From NCBI GenBank assembly GCA_965153455.1, contig OZ234494.1:11966001-12030000 (forward strand): a DNA stretch of 64,000 bases. The letters run 5' to 3'. A model generated the notes under the pieces. That model worked only from the letters and a program-made list of their open reading frames with translations. It was not told the DNA's origin and did no database searches. Position 1 is the stretch's first letter, and each line of letters opens with the position of its first letter. Source of the DNA: Sphagnum compactum. Its lineage: Eukaryota. Below, piece by piece: positions 1-13,981 of the stretch. The translations under genes were made by a program, and so were the position numbers.

Positions 1-1773
1 AATGAGAATGAGCATAAAACGAGAGTTTCATTGTGCAAATAACTTAGGGAAAAAGCTTGCTCACTCACCCTGTCATTCAGGTGTATTATGCCAGACAACA
101 CCACATACCTACCCCTTTCCTATATACAGACCAAGAGAGAATCCAGATTGCTCCAGAGGCAGCTGAGGAGTCTTTTCAGATCACTCAAGGTCAGAGGTAA
201 GAAATCACACTTTTCTGATGCCATCTGTATCTGCTCTCTTATGATGTAACAACCAGCTCATGTGGATTAAGAAACATCAAGTTGGGCCAGAACTTGCCTC
301 GAACAAAAGGGATTTCATCCACATGCTCGAACAAGATTGGCACCGATACAAACTCATGCAATAGTTGTAATTTAGAATCCACTCCCAATTTGGACTACCA
401 GCGGCCATCTCAAATGCAGCAACTTTCTTGTTCACATCACACTAGGGATGAGCTTGACAGTCTTACAAAAATCGTGCAAACTCGTAACTCCAAGTGCTGC
501 TGGAAATGTCATGTGTTGGGTTTCACATCATTTGGTCACTGCTTGCAGGTGCGCCACATGCTTGGTGTACCAAAATACATACGAACATACTACCAACATT
601 TTCGACATACCAATTCACAGATCTCTTCTATTGCTGAGCTCGTTCTACCTTGTCACTTGATTTCAACTTGAATTCTACGACAATAAACCTGCTGGAAAAC
701 AACATGAAGAATACCCATCCTGCATCCACAGAATCATGACCAGCTTAACACAGTGACTATTATGCACCAGCCAAGTTCTCTTGTGCGAAATTTTGCATCT
801 ATGCAGCACTCCTTTTTTTTGGACTGTCGCAAGATTCCTTTTAGATGCCTTTTCGTTCACCACATTGTGAGGAGAAAAAACATGGAAGTCACCATATTTA
901 GTAGATAGTGGGTTCTTGGAGGTCACCAAAGCATAGCAGGATTCTAGAAAATGTCTACTGTCTTCTCTGATGTGCAGCCAAATTTGGCTCTTTCCTCTTG
1001 TGGTTTCTTCCTCTTGTGAATGGCTGCCAATGTGGCTACATCACAAAATTGAAAACCAAAAAAAAAACCTATTATGCACATGCAAGATACAGAAAAGACC
1101 CCAAAAAAATTTCTTGCTTGATCAAAGAATGAGAGAATAAACAATCAGATGCCTCATGTTGTGGCATATGTAGATATACATGTTTCTTGCTGGATCACAG
1201 AATCACACAAGTCCTGAGCCTTGATAAGTAACCTCTACAAAAGGGATTGAGACCTTGAGAACCTTCTTCCCTTCTGCAAACCTTGAGCATTTCAGCAGCA
1301 GCAACAACTGCACAACACAAGAATGTCAACATTGGTATCCACCAACACACTTTCATCATGCATCAGGAATTTTTGAACCTCAAGAAACCCATGAAGCAGA
1401 CGTAGACTGAAAATGTACAAAAATCTGATGTTTCAGGGGCATTCACAATGTGTTGTTCAACAGTGGGTTGTGAATGTCATGCCTGCTCGTGAAACACCAG
1501 TCTTCTTGCACAATGGACCCCATTGGAACCAAAGTAAATTGGAAAAGGATGTCAGGATAGAAAGGAAAGATTGAATGGTAACTTCAGAGTTTGATCTGTG
1601 TGCTGGTGAAACCAAAAGGAAAGTCTCCTTACAGAATTTCTTGCTGTCTTTGATGTTTTTCTTTTCACTGGCCCCTTCCTTTCTGCTGCCAGGTTTTTGC
1701 CAGAAACTCTGATACACTCCAGGCAGACAGAGAGTATTTATACCTTGAAAGTGATGATGTGACTGGGGTGCAG

Positions 1774-2812
1774 GCAGAGGAAATCATGAAACACACATAT
1801 TCAGTGCTCCCCATTTATGAACAGATAATAGATGCAGTGCTGAAATTTGGAATTTGTAAGCTGTCAGAAGTCTGTAGCTTCAAACTGGGTGTCCCTGTGA
1901 GACCCATGCTCGCAAAGCCCACCACAGGAGTCTCTGAGGTTCTCAACAAGTTCCAGGACATGGACTTCACATGTGAATACAAGTATGATGGAGAGAGAGC
2001 TCAGGTTCTCCCCCATTGATGTTTCTTTTGTGATTGAAGTCTTTTATCAGACCTCTTGTTATTAGGGGGTGTTGGGTTAGCTGTCACTCCTAGCAAACCA
2101 TATCTAACATGATTGTATTCGCATTCAATCTTTTTATCAGAGTCGGTATGATGACAGTGGATACATCTCTTGGAGAGATTGCAGATACATTATATGGAAG
2201 ATGGAGCTATCCAGATTTTATAGCCGAAATGCAGAACACAACACTGGGAAGTTCCCTGATACTGTAGCTGCAACACCTAGGTGTGTAATGGATCTTTTAG
2301 TCGTCACCTTCAACTGCATGAACAGAAGCCAAATTTTGCCATCTTGCATCTTCTATGAGCCTTAAATCAGGCCACTGAATCTGTGCTATTCAAGGAGCTT
2401 AGTCCCTGAGCATTTGGAAGGCTCTTTTTTGGACTTTGTACCTCTACTTGCAAAACCAAGATCCGTAATTTTGGCCTAATCTCAGCAATGCAATGTGCAG
2501 TTTATGTGCTTCTGATATTCTTCAATCCATAGCAAATTAGCTCTCCATAGTCTGATGGTGCTCATCAAAGGAGTTCTAATCCTTTTCAAGATCTGCTGTG
2601 GACCTCATTCTTGTATTTTATGGCTGGGTGCAGATTCATGAAACCAGGTGTGACATCGTTTGTTTTGGATTGTGAGGTGGTAGCTTATGATTGTGAAAAG
2701 AACAAAAACTTTCCAGTCCAGGTGAGTGCTCAGAAACACATCAGCATAGTTTCTGGATTCTTGGATGCCATCCTAAATTTGGTTTCTTCTGAATCTTGTC
2801 AATGATTTTGAA

Positions 2813-2843
<31 letters not shown>

Positions 2844-5800
2844 TCAGTTGATCAGAGATGCTCATCCAGGATCATGTCAATTTTTTGGACAATATGGGGT
2901 TCCCTTGTCAAGAAACAAATTGGGTCTCCAGGTTCTGTCCTCAGATGGTGGTAGATGTTTTGATATGGCAATTTCATGCAGCAGGCCTCAAGTGTTGGTA
3001 GGAGAAGAAAGATGTTGAAGGTAATGAGGAAGAGTTGAGCTGATTTGAAAACTTGTAATTTGGATGCAGATCCTGAGCACAAGGGCTAGAAAAGGAGTAT
3101 CACTGAGCACTATTAAGGTTCAAGTTTGCTTGTTTACATTTGACCTTTTGTATTTAAATGGTCATCCGCTGCTACGGGAACAGCTCAACATACGAAGAGA
3201 GGATAATTTTCTTGGCCTTCAGTTGTAGGGTCTTTCCTGGTACTTCTGCAAATCTGTGTTCTTGTTTTTGGAGTAAGTTTGGAGTTGGTATTGTTTCAAT
3301 GACTTTGGATGGGTTTGCACCATGTTGACATCTCGATATCCCTGGTGATGTGTAGCACTTATATGCATCCTTCTTAGAGATGGATGGAGAGTTCAGATTT
3401 GCAACAGCCAATAATTCAAATGACCTGGAGGAAATTCGGAAGTTCCTTAAAGATGCTATTGATCACAGGTCTCTCTCCTACTCACTTGTGTTTTCTGTCT
3501 TTAGCTAGAAGGTAGGGTACCATGCCACATGTTTGTTTCCCTTTTTTCCTTCGTCTCTGATCTCTAGACTGGATGTTAGCTGGTTGGTTTTTTTCTTTTT
3601 TCATTTTTTCATTTGTCTTGCTATGTGAAACATGTGGAAGGTGAGGAAATGATGAATTTTCTCAGGCATTGATACCATGAGACTCAAGCAAAATGGCTAC
3701 ATCAAACAACAAACTGCTTTGGCAAAGCATTTCCAACTTTGTTTTAATTGTTGGAATTGAAATGGGGGCCTAGTGATGGACAGTTATGAGGGACTTTTAG
3801 CGAAGACATTGACAAAGGATGCAACATACAAGCCTGCCAAGTGATCCAACAAGTGGCTCAAGCTCAAAAAGGATTAGATGACATCGTAACTTTTCCCCAC
3901 CCCCCCTGCATTCCTAAGACCTATGCATGTCTGACCTTTCAGTTGATTGCAATCCTTGCCTTTTCAAATTTCATGACTGAATACACCACTATGTATGTGG
4001 GCTCCAAATAAGTTGGTTGAGAGCCTCCATTTTTCAGTGAGCTGAAATTCTTTGTTGTGTAATCTGAGGTGTTTTGTTACAGCCTAGCAGTTCTATTTCC
4101 TGAGTATACAGGGGTTTTCAATTCAAGCAGCTTTAATTTCCTTCTTATAGCAAATTCCACCACAGGACAGGGGACTCCCTCAATCTTGTGCCAATTGGAG
4201 CATTTTTTATGACCATGGAAAACGTGTGGGTGAGTGACACAGTCCTAAAATTCCTTCAGAACTTGTATACCTGTTGTTTGATACTTTGCTCTAGAAAATC
4301 ATTGATAGTTGTCTGTGTAATCATACCTGGATTCAGTCCTGTCTCTGAGCATGCCATTATGTTGTTGCTGGGACTGAAGTGTGGTTGGTGAGTGGTGTGG
4401 AGCAGGGGTATATGGGGCATTTTTGCTGGCGTGCTATGATGAAGATCGTGAGGAGTTTCAGAGCATCTGCAAAATTGGTGGAACACACTGAATCCAAAAC
4501 TGGAAACATTTTGCCTAGTGTTCTGCTACTGTGTGATAAGTTTGCTGAATAGAAATGTCTTCATTGTCACTTTGATTTTGAGATGAGCCTGTCTGACAGA
4601 TGAGCATATGCCAGATGCTTTTGTTGTAACTTTTTGCATAAAACTAGTGAAACCCCTTACATAATAGCTACCAATTGATGACTGTTCCATGCTTTGGTGC
4701 TCTTTGAAGACTTGAGCAAATGTTGTGTAGTCATAATCATGTTTGTCCTTTTCCACCTTCTCAGGAACGGGCTTCGCAGAGGCAGTACTGGAGGAATGCT
4801 CCACAACATTACAGAGTCGTGTTATTGACCAGCCTAAGGTGCTTTACATGGGAATGACCATTTGTTTTATGATACTATGTTCCAGGACTGCTGTAGCCCA
4901 GTCACATAAGAGAATTGTGTGCCTTGCATGAAGAGGAATTTCAATCCAGGATTAACAAAATAATCCATGGGTCATTTGCTGCTAGCTCCACTTTTGTAAT
5001 ATTACCATCTACACACTATCACAATTGTGCAGAAGACCTAAAAAGAGGATCTAGGCACAGCAGCACTTCAGTGGTAGCTTAGTTATTACATGGTCTTTTC
5101 TGAGCTAGTTTGTTCAACACTGCATGAAATTGGGGTCTAAACTTGATGATCTCATCTTATCTTTGGGTATTCTCAGATCTGTCTCCTTTTGGTGTGTCTC
5201 TGAATCAGTAATTGGGTGGTGCTACAGAGTTACTATGGATATGGGGAGACCATCGCTGTTGATGTGTGGTTTGATGAAGTTGAGGTATAGCACTTTGTTA
5301 TTGCTTATTCATCTTTTTCTTTTCCAAGAGTGGTAGCTCAGAGAATAAAGGGTCACCTTCTTAAAAAGAATATGGAAATCTGGACAGGTTTGGGAAGTGA
5401 AGGCAGCAGAGTTGAGCATCAGTCCTGTTCACCGAGCAGCAATCAGCTTGGTTGACTCCAGCAAGGTACATCAATATTTCTACAGAGTTCTCTTACGGTG
5501 TGTAGTGTCGAGTTTTTCTGTTTGCAACCACATTGAAGAGTTTGACATTGCCAAAACACTATGCCAACAGATTTCTTCTAGTTTTTTATGCAGCATACTG
5601 ACATCTCATGTCAAATGTTTGCCAATGAAGGGTATCTCCTTGCGATTTCCCAGACTGGTTAGACTCCGTGAAGACAAGACTCCAGTGGAGGCCACTTCAG
5701 CTGAGCAGGTGACAATCTTAACCATTCCTGACAAGTAGGAAACAAGAAAGACTGTTGTTAATTGAAGCTATTTTTTGTTTGCTGTCATTTTAGATTGCTC

Positions 5801-5910
5801 AGATGGAGGAAACCCCACTTTCTAACAAGTGTTATGAACAGATTGCAGAACTGTATTGGGCTCAAAAGATAAACCATGGCACAGCTGATGACAATGAAGA
5901 TGAGGATTAA
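1774..5910 (+). pseudogene. LIG1: DNA ligase I (ATP-dependent), unprocessed pseudogene covering the end of the DNA-binding domain, the adenylation domain and the OB domain
   Basis: Thirteen AG/GT-type exons start at about 1774, 2185, 2634, 3070, 3356, 3784, 4166, 4406, 4765, 5228, 5389, 5631 and 5842. They translate to LIG1 motifs: PMLAKP...EYKYDGERAQ (catalytic Lys), [66 protein letters not shown] and GISLRFPRLVRLREDK, ending DNEDED* at 5910. Lesions: extra T at 2216-2219 giving TAG at 2221; GATAAT instead of a GT donor at 3202; TGA at 3842; TAG at 3875; extra TT at 4203-4208. Confidence 0.92.
2814..2842. repeat. (ACAG)n microsatellite in a LIG1 intron
   Basis: acagacagacagacagacagacagacagac. 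Confidence 0.9.
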
Positions 5911-7229
5911 ACCACAGATAAGAAACACTTAACAAAATTAGTAGGCTCCTCCAGTGTCTATTAATTTGACCACAAAGGTCTCCAGCCAGCTTTGTTATGA
6001 AATCCATGAACACTCTCAGTGTTGGCAAGAGTAAGCAAGCACCCATTTTTTATGAAAAGAGAGTTGATTTCAGTGCACTTCCCAACTTGCACATTACTGC
6101 GCTACTAGTGTTGGGCTACCTTGTCCACTGTTTTTAGATCTGTTCTTCAAAGACTACTAGTGTGGCCTGGCACCCGTTGGCCCAAGCATGAACCCATTAC
6201 AAAATAGGGAAACTCAACATGTGAACATTGTTTTGCAATGTATGTATCGATTTTTTGAACAGCCAAATATGAAAGGAAATCATGCTTGAATTGAATGAAT
6301 GGTAAGCCTTCAAGTGTTACCACGTTCTCAACTGGTTTTTCCTTCCAAAACCTGGTTCCAAAAAGACACCAAGAACACGATCTGAAGCATCCCCGTTTGG
6401 TGGAACTCATAACTACAAAACAAAACAAAACAAAACAAACTACCTTCCTTCATAGATAGATAGATGGGTGATGGTTGTTTCACACGAAATACCTTGTCTA
6501 GTGCTTCTAGATTATTCTTTGAAGACTATTGGCTATGGTTTGTTTTCATAGCTCCAAGGCCGCTTTGAACTGAAAACACACTTTGAAGTGAAATGCAAGA
6601 GGATTTACTTGTCTTGTGATGGGCCTCATTGATTGGCCCATTACAAGGAAAAACATGCTTCTAAACTTATGACACTCCCCAGATAGAATTTGCTTTAACC
6701 TCTCCATTTGGCCCATCTATGTAAGGTTAAAAGGATCTTTGGGCAAAGCAATTTGGGTTAAAAAGACAATCTACTGTGAACAAGGTGGGGGGAACTATGG
6801 GAACAATGTAAGGAACATGTGATCAAGGAGAGAGGATGAATTAAAAGAACATATGATTTGGAAAAAGATTGATATATCATCAATTGGGAACTCTATTGGG
6901 AACAGTCGGAAACAGAACTGTCCCTTGGGAGCATCTTGACATTCTGATTGGCTGTTAGGTCATAAGTTATATAACCCATAACCTTTGACCTCCATTTCAC
7001 TAGTGAGTTACTAGTTATCACAAGGTACCACCCTGAGGACTCATTCGCCCAATAATGGTTCTGTAACCCTTTGCAGCTTGGATGAAGATTTCATAATCAC
7101 CCTCTGTGTGGATGAAAAGAGGGGCATCACGATTCTCATGAGGGATGATTTTAGTCTGGTAACCAGCTCACATGTGTTGGTTACCTAGTTCAAAACCCCC
7201 TAAATTGGGGAATTTTTTTGAATTCCCCA

Positions 7230-7915
7230 ATGATGTTTTTTGTTTTTTTTTTTTTTTTTGGGGCGAGTTTTTGCACTTTGCCGGAAAAAAAAAAAAAAAT
7301 CAATTCTAGTGGGAATTGCTCAAAGTGTTTATTTGGAAAAAAATACACAAAATTTGCCATATTTTGAAGGAAAAAATGTTAAAAGTTTGCCAGATTTAGA
7401 CAATGAGTTCTGGTAGGTCGCCAAAACTAGGCAGGATTCCAAAATATTTCTACTCTCCTCTCTGACCTCTAGCCAAATTTGGCTAATTCCTCGTGTGGAT
7501 GATCACTACTAGTCCACATAATTGACAAAATTGGGGGGGGGGAAAAAAAATTTTAAAAATTTATGAATTCTCATCCGAAAATTAAAAATGAAAATCCTGG
7601 GCCTCTTCTACTAATACTGGCTCACCTCATTGGATGATGCTTAGAATTCATCAAACAAACTGTCCTCAACATCCCTTTTCAGCTAAGCTAATGTTGGGGG
7701 CAATATATTATGGGGATAATTGATTGGAGCCACACTAGCAATCATCCACAAAAGGGTTTAGCCAAATTTGGCTACATTGTCAAAGAGGAAACTATAAACA
7801 TTTGAGAATTTGGCATTTTTTTCCCTGCAAAAAAAAATCCTTTATATGATCGAACCTCACTAAATTATTTTTTTTGGACACCAAGTGGTGGATCTTTCAC
7901 CTGAAAAGAAAATTG
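7230..7915. mobile_element. Degenerate copies of a dispersed AT-rich MITE family
   Basis: Motifs such as ggcga(g/a)ttt, gccagatttagacaatgag, tagccaaatttggcta and tggatgatcac, with poly-T/poly-A ends, recur in various combinations at ~11920-12210, 36179-36436, 48578-48819 and 49355-49497. Confidence 0.55.
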
Positions 7916-8589
7916 TTGGTGGGAGAACAAATACATCTTTCCCACTAATTGACATGAACATGCAACACCAACACCAAAATAGATTACTAGAGGTAAAATT
8001 TCAATATATCAAGTTGTTTTTTTTCTTATGTTTTCATATGGTTTCCAATAATTCATCATTATTTATGTCAATATCAAATTTAATTTAAAATAATATACAT
8101 TTCATGAACATGAAAAGATACATGAATTATTATTTTTTATATTCATGTTGGTGGATTTTTTTTTAATATTTATAAGATGGAGATAGTTATTAAGAAAGAA
8201 ATGAAATAATTAGGCTTGGAAATGAGATAATTATTATTTTTGAAATTATCTTTGGCAATGTTCAGAGACAACTATCCAATAGGAATTGTTTTTGAATTCG
8301 TCCGAGGAGCACCATATGATAGATTCCAAAAAAAAACACCCATATACCAATTCCTTCAAGAAAACCATCACTAGGATTAATTATTGCCTATGGCCAAAAA
8401 AAAAAGGATGGGAAGATTGGATAAATAATGAACAACCTTATAGGATCTAAGTTTGACTAGGGACCTATTTTTGGACTCAAGTATTGGTACTTAGATAATA
8501 GATTTATTGAAATAGATCATGGTTATAATTAGTATTTTAGTAGTTGATGATTTCAATAATTAGTAGCTTCATGTACCCACATTAGCACA

Positions 8590-9780
8590 CATTATATAGT
8601 AACAACAAGTTAATTTTCGAACTAGGTTCAACACATTTGTAGAACAATGCTCAACATGAAAAAAAATTAGATTTTTTTATATTGTACTGTTACACATTGT
8701 TAACATTGTAAATATCTTTTTTAAACAATTTCAAAGAAAAAAGTTGTGATGCAATGGTTAGAATCTTTCCCTCAACTCAAAGGTTCAAGATTCAATTTTA
8801 TTTTCAATTTTATTTTTTAAATGAAATGAATGAAAAAATATAATAACATTTAAATATTTTTTTTAAATTAATTTCCCTTAAGAAACAATTTTCCTTAAGA
8901 AAAGAAGACAAAATGCTAGTTTTAAACAAATTGCCCAAAGAAACAATATAAGTTTCCATGGAACAAAATGAAATTCTCCAAAAGTAAAAAGGTTTTTTAA
9001 AGAACAAATGAAATACCCTGAAAAACAACTTTCACGAGGAGTAATAAAAGTTTCCCAAGGAAAAAAACAACTTCTTTTCTCCAAGGAACTTGAGCCCTTC
9101 CTCAAGGAAAGTTCATTGTTCCTTAGGAATGTTGCCCTTTTTTTCAAGGAACTCCTTCTACTCATGAAAATTGTTTTTTGGGGAAATTCCCTAAGGAAGT
9201 TAATCCCTTGTTCCCTTAAGCACATGATTACCTTTAGGAAATAACCATGTTGCTTTGGGGAATAAGGGGTTTAAATTGGCTTAAGGAACAATCATGTGCT
9301 AGTAGAAAGAGCTTAAGTTGCCTTGTGGAACAACTTAAGCTTTTGCTCCCTTCAGAACATAGTTGTTCCTTGATGAATAACTTAAAGCCCTTTCTCCCTT
9401 GAGAACATGATGTTTCCTAGGGCAACTTAAGTCCTTTTTCTTGCAAACATGATTTTCTTTGAAAAAATTGTTCTTGAATAACTAACTTTAAAAAATTGCC
9501 AAATGACAATTTATTTTCACTCATTCTATTCATGAATGAAAAAAAATTCAAAAAAAAAATTGAACCTAGGACTTTTAGGTTGTGAGGGAAACTTAACCAT
9601 TCCATTAGTTTTCTTCCTTTGAAAATAATGTAAGAAAAAATTATTTCAAGCATTAATCATTGTGCAAGTAAAATATATAAAAAGTATGAATTATTTTTCC
9701 TGCTAAGCATTGTACTATATTGTTTTGTAATTGCATTGAACTTAGTGTCACATTTAACTCGCTGCTACTATTTAGTTTGC
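8590..9780. mobile_element. Non-autonomous foldback/MULE-like element with ~250-bp degenerate terminal inverted repeats
   Basis: 8590-8840 aligns to the reverse complement of ~9500-9780, e.g. atagtaacaacaagtt..actaggttcaa vs atagtagcagcgagtt..actaagttcaa, and tttcaaaga..aatggttaag..tttccctca in both. The interior is rich in ttcc(t)taaggaa-type sub-repeats. No TSD identified. Confidence 0.6.
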
Positions 9781-10984
9781 CCCCATAATGCCAATAACAT
9801 CAATTAAATGGCAACAATCATTACTTACAATTTCTCTCAAAAATGTTAAAATACAATCATTTTCAAATTATCCAAAACTACTCACACCAACTCACCCATA
9901 TAACCATATATGCTTACTCCAATTAATTTTTGGCAAACATATTTGTAGGTAATTTAATCACATTTTTATTTAGAGTTTAGGTTTTGAGAGTTTTTTCAAG
10001 TCTGGAGATCAAGGGTATCTAAAATTGGTGGCTAGTTGGCTCATGCCAAAATACATATGAAAATTTTACACGAATCATGTTCTTTAATTTATGACACATT
10101 TTATCATAAGATTCACTTGTGAAGTATTTGTTCTTAGGAATGTTCTCCTAGTGCTTTAAGTTGTTTGCATTTTTGAAAACTAAAAGGATGTAATAGTGCA
10201 TTGATAGTAAGTTTTGTCTTTGATCCCTTTCCAACATCAGATCAAGACCTACCCTCCATAACAAAGGGTAATAGCATAAGGACATAGGTGCGAGAACATC
10301 AAGATTTAGATGATAATTGGACATTTTTTCCTTCATATACTACACATAAGGTGGGACTTAACTCTGGTGACAAATATTGGATTCCATGTGACCTCCCCTC
10401 CCCCAAGTTAAGAGTTAAGACACCCAACTTGGTCGGAAAAATAGATTGAGATGGATGACCTTACAAATTAACAAACCCACAAACATGTTCGAATCACACC
10501 TACCTTCACAAGGAAGGAGTAGTACCTTCACTCATAATAAATTATCAAAAAAGGTTTCGTAGTCTCCACTTGCTTGCCACCCATCCCTTGAGAGCCAATC
10601 TCTTGTCTAGGGGGTGAGCTTGGCTTTATTTTTTGCCAATGAATTGTCTTCATAAAGACCCGCACCATCTTTTTTTAGTGTTGTTGCACATAGTCTTCCC
10701 TAGAGTAATACAATGGCAAGCTTTTCAAAAACACAATTGCTTGCTTTCATGGGCATTACGTTTTTGAAAAGCTTGTTATTTTTCTGCGACATCCAACATA
10801 TATCATGAGAAACTTTTAATTTAAAAAAATGTTTAAAGCCCTCAAGGGTGAGCTTTATGAGAATTGGGCCCACACTCAAAACACAACTAGTTGCAAACTA
10901 GTTGCATGCAAGAAGCAAAAAAAAGATACAAAAAACATGAAAATAGAACATGGTTCTTCTTATTGCAATAGACATTAGCCTCAC

Positions 10985-11220
10985 AATAAACATGTAAGGT
11001 AGATTTTGTGGTTTAATCCATTACAATGTAAAATATGTGATGTTCATTGTGACACATATTACATTAATATTCCAGTTTGACATTAGTTTTTAACACAAGT
11101 TAGAGTAATGCCAAGCTAATTTCAAATTGTAATATTAGTGTAGTACGTGCCATAATAATGCCACATATTTTACAATGTAATGAATGAAAGAAACCACAAG
11201 TTTACCTCACACATCTCATT
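10985..11220. mobile_element. Fold-back (hairpin) MITE
   Basis: Left arm aaggtagattttgtggttt..cattacaatgtaaaatatgtg..ttaatattccagtttga matches the reverse complement of the right arm (aggtaaacttgtggttt..cattacattgtaaaatatgtg..ctaatattacaatttga). Confidence 0.7.
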
Positions 11221-11451
11221 AGCCAAGGCCTACAATTGTAGAAAAACCCGATTTTGTTGGAGGGAAACAAATATTTGCCAGCCTAAAAGACATGTTAGAT
11301 TTGGCTTAGTGTATATATTATGGAACATGCTATATCATAAGGTCCCCCCTTAGGCTGTGTAGGGGGCCTCACATATTTTGTAGCAGAAGGGTCTATCTTT
11401 TCAAACCTTTCAAGATTATTGATACCTTCCACTTGGCGGCGCATTGCATTA

Positions 11452-11841
11452 GAGCATCTCCAGTGGTGCTCAATATGTGACCTTGCAAAAAAATATTTTT
11501 GACCTCCAAGTTTAGTTGTTTACTTTTTTGCCACCTCACCCATAAAACTGAAACTGGGATTGATAGCAAATAGGTGGGGTGGGGACTACCGATAGCAAAC
11601 TACCTGGACCAACGACTGTGATGGGCCAATGAGAAACACTGAACAGAAGTCAGATCAGATTTATTACACTCTTCTCTAGCAGGCGAACACCTCTCTCCTA
11701 TGTGCCTCATACGAGCCTCGGCAAATAAGCAAGAGCCAAAAACTGTTTTCCTGTGCCAAACCGCCATGTTTTGACTTTTCTTCATTCAATTATAATGTTC
11801 AGTGTAACATTCTGAGCACCCCCCCCCCCATGGTGATGCTC
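11452..11841. mobile_element. PIF/Harbinger (Tourist-like) MITE
   Basis: Starts GAGCATCTCCAGTGGTGCTCA and ends TGAGCACC(C)nATGGTGATGCTC, forming inverted termini. Flanked by TTA and TCA, a TNA-type 3-bp target. Confidence 0.7.
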
Positions 11842-13774
11842 TCAGATGTTACATGGATCCATCTCACATAGGGTCAGCAGGTTGCAGCAGCAGCAGCATT
11901 GAGGATGGTATGTGATTCACATCTTTTTTTTTATTTAATTTTTTTTGGGGGGCGAATTTCACACTGTGACAGCAAAAAAATTTGGAGAATGTTTTCATAT
12001 ATTCAAAAAAATTTGGGAAAATCTCACAAAACTTTCAAAAAACACAAAATTGAAAAAAACCCACCAAAAAAAAAACACATGTATGTGAGTAAGAATTCGG
12101 AATTTTTTTTTTATAGAGCATATTCGAAAAAAATTGCTAAAATTTTGGAAAATCCTACCAAACTTTTGAACCACAAATTCTCTTCAAAAAAAGAAAAAGA
12201 AAAACCGTGTATGTGAGTAGGTGATAATACACAACACAAGGTAACTAACTCATCATTATAAAGCTAATCTGATTTAGGATTCTAATCTATTTATTGTTTA
12301 CAATTTTACGTCTGTTTGGGACTAGAAAGTCCATTAGATGAAAGGTAGATCATGGAGGACAGATTGTCCTTTGATACCGGCAGCATGCCACAAACTTGGC
12401 CAGGGCGACCGTGTTCATAGTCTACATGAGCTCAGCAAGAATGCTAGTGTGGGTGAGGGGCAGGGCTGAACAAAAGCGTTCTCTAGCTTTTTGTGTATTT
12501 GGACAAACAAAAAACAAGTGTTTTTCATCGTCAACCTTGCCCAAATCGCAGTTTCGACAAAGCCTCTCTGCATATGACACGCCCTTCCACACACCTAGCA
12601 CTACCTCAAACTACGTGTTATCACATCGAAATCGAACCAGAGCTTTCCGTAGTTAAACGCAGCTGATGTCACACAAGTAGCTTTCGTTTTCGTACAACAT
12701 ACCCTTGAAGCGCAAGTATCTTGTCTGCACGCTGGTCCTGATCTCGCGGTTGATAAAGAGATTTTCAATGTAAGCCAACTGCATATTATCCTTCACCCTT
12801 TTTACACTCAATATTGTGTTGAGAAAAACTTGGAGGGGTGAGGCCCCAGCCTCCTGATTGATCGGGCCTCCTGTCGTAGATCAGAACGAGAACTCTCTAA
12901 TTACTCGAATTAGCACCAATACCAAAATAAATATATTCGTATAAATATTTCATTTTTCCCCAAAAAAAAGAAGAAAAAAGTAGCTACCTTTCCACTGGAA
13001 CTAACACATTTTCAGTTAAACAGCCAATGACATGCGTTTTTTCTTCAAACCTCCATCCATGGAGGCCCCAACAAAGCCACCCAAAAAAATAAAAATGCAC
13101 AAGTAATGTGCAAAAACCATGTCCAGAAAATAACTATTCGTCCCTTTCGACCATTTCCATTGGTCCTTTAAAATTCTCGCAAATCTATCAAACCATATTA
13201 CACATCTAAAACTTTTAGTTCACTCCAGATTAGGGGGAAAAAAAAAGGAAAATTATTTAATTCAGGTCACCAAATCCAGCAATTTCATTGGCCATTAATA
13301 AAAAATTCGGTACACCTGGACATAAGCCAAATCAATTCAACACCCTATGTATAGGGTATTACCCTAGTACCTAAGGCCTGGTTAGGCACTAATTAATTAA
13401 TTATTTTTGGAATTGCCAATAAAAATGCGTGTGCCTGCCTACCGTTGCCAAAAATCCCAAATGAAACTCTCAAGCACAAATAGCTTCATTATTTAGTATA
13501 GCCTAATACCCAAAAGAAGAAAGAAATTGGCACTTTTTGTTCAACAAAACAATGTTGTTTTGTCGTCTTGGTTGTTTTGTTTGTTTGTTTGTTTGTTGCG
13601 AGAGAGAGAGATTCGCAGAAGGGGAAGTTGGACGGCGAGACGATGTGTAGGAAATCGATCTTGTAGCATGTGTTATTATTGCCTTTTGAAAACAATTATT
13701 TTGGTTGAAGAAGATATCGTTCATCGAGGAAACAATTGGAAGAGAACTGAGCGGGATTCCAAGATTTGAAGACA

Positions 13775-13920
13775 AGGATTTGTGGAAAGCTTTTGATTCT
13801 TGGTGAAGAAGAAGAAGAAGAAGAAGGATTTGTGGAAAGCTTTTGATTCTCGGTGAAGAAGAAGGGGAAGTATTTGTGGAAAGCTTTTGATTCTTGGTGA
13901 GGAAGAAGAAGCACAAGAAG
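13775..13920 (+). repeat. Three ~45-50-bp tandem units in the putative Rab 5' leader
   Basis: (g/t)atttgtggaaagcttttgattct(t/c)ggtga followed by (gaa)n, repeated at ~13777, 13827 and 13871. Confidence 0.85.
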
Positions 13921-13981
13921 AAGAATAAGAAGGAGAACAAGGATCGGCAAGTGTAGGCATTTGAGGTCTGAGCAAATAGCG

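Noticed and set aside
1..1773. Possible upstream LIG1 exons or a minus-strand gene remnant
   Set aside because: Some splice-like sites exist (e.g. GTAAGA at ~197), but no translation matches LIG1 or any family I recognise, and the frames contain many stops. Left unassigned.
8810..9244. ORFs in the interior of the long-TIR element
   Set aside because: Low-complexity translations of ttccttaaggaa-type sub-repeats.
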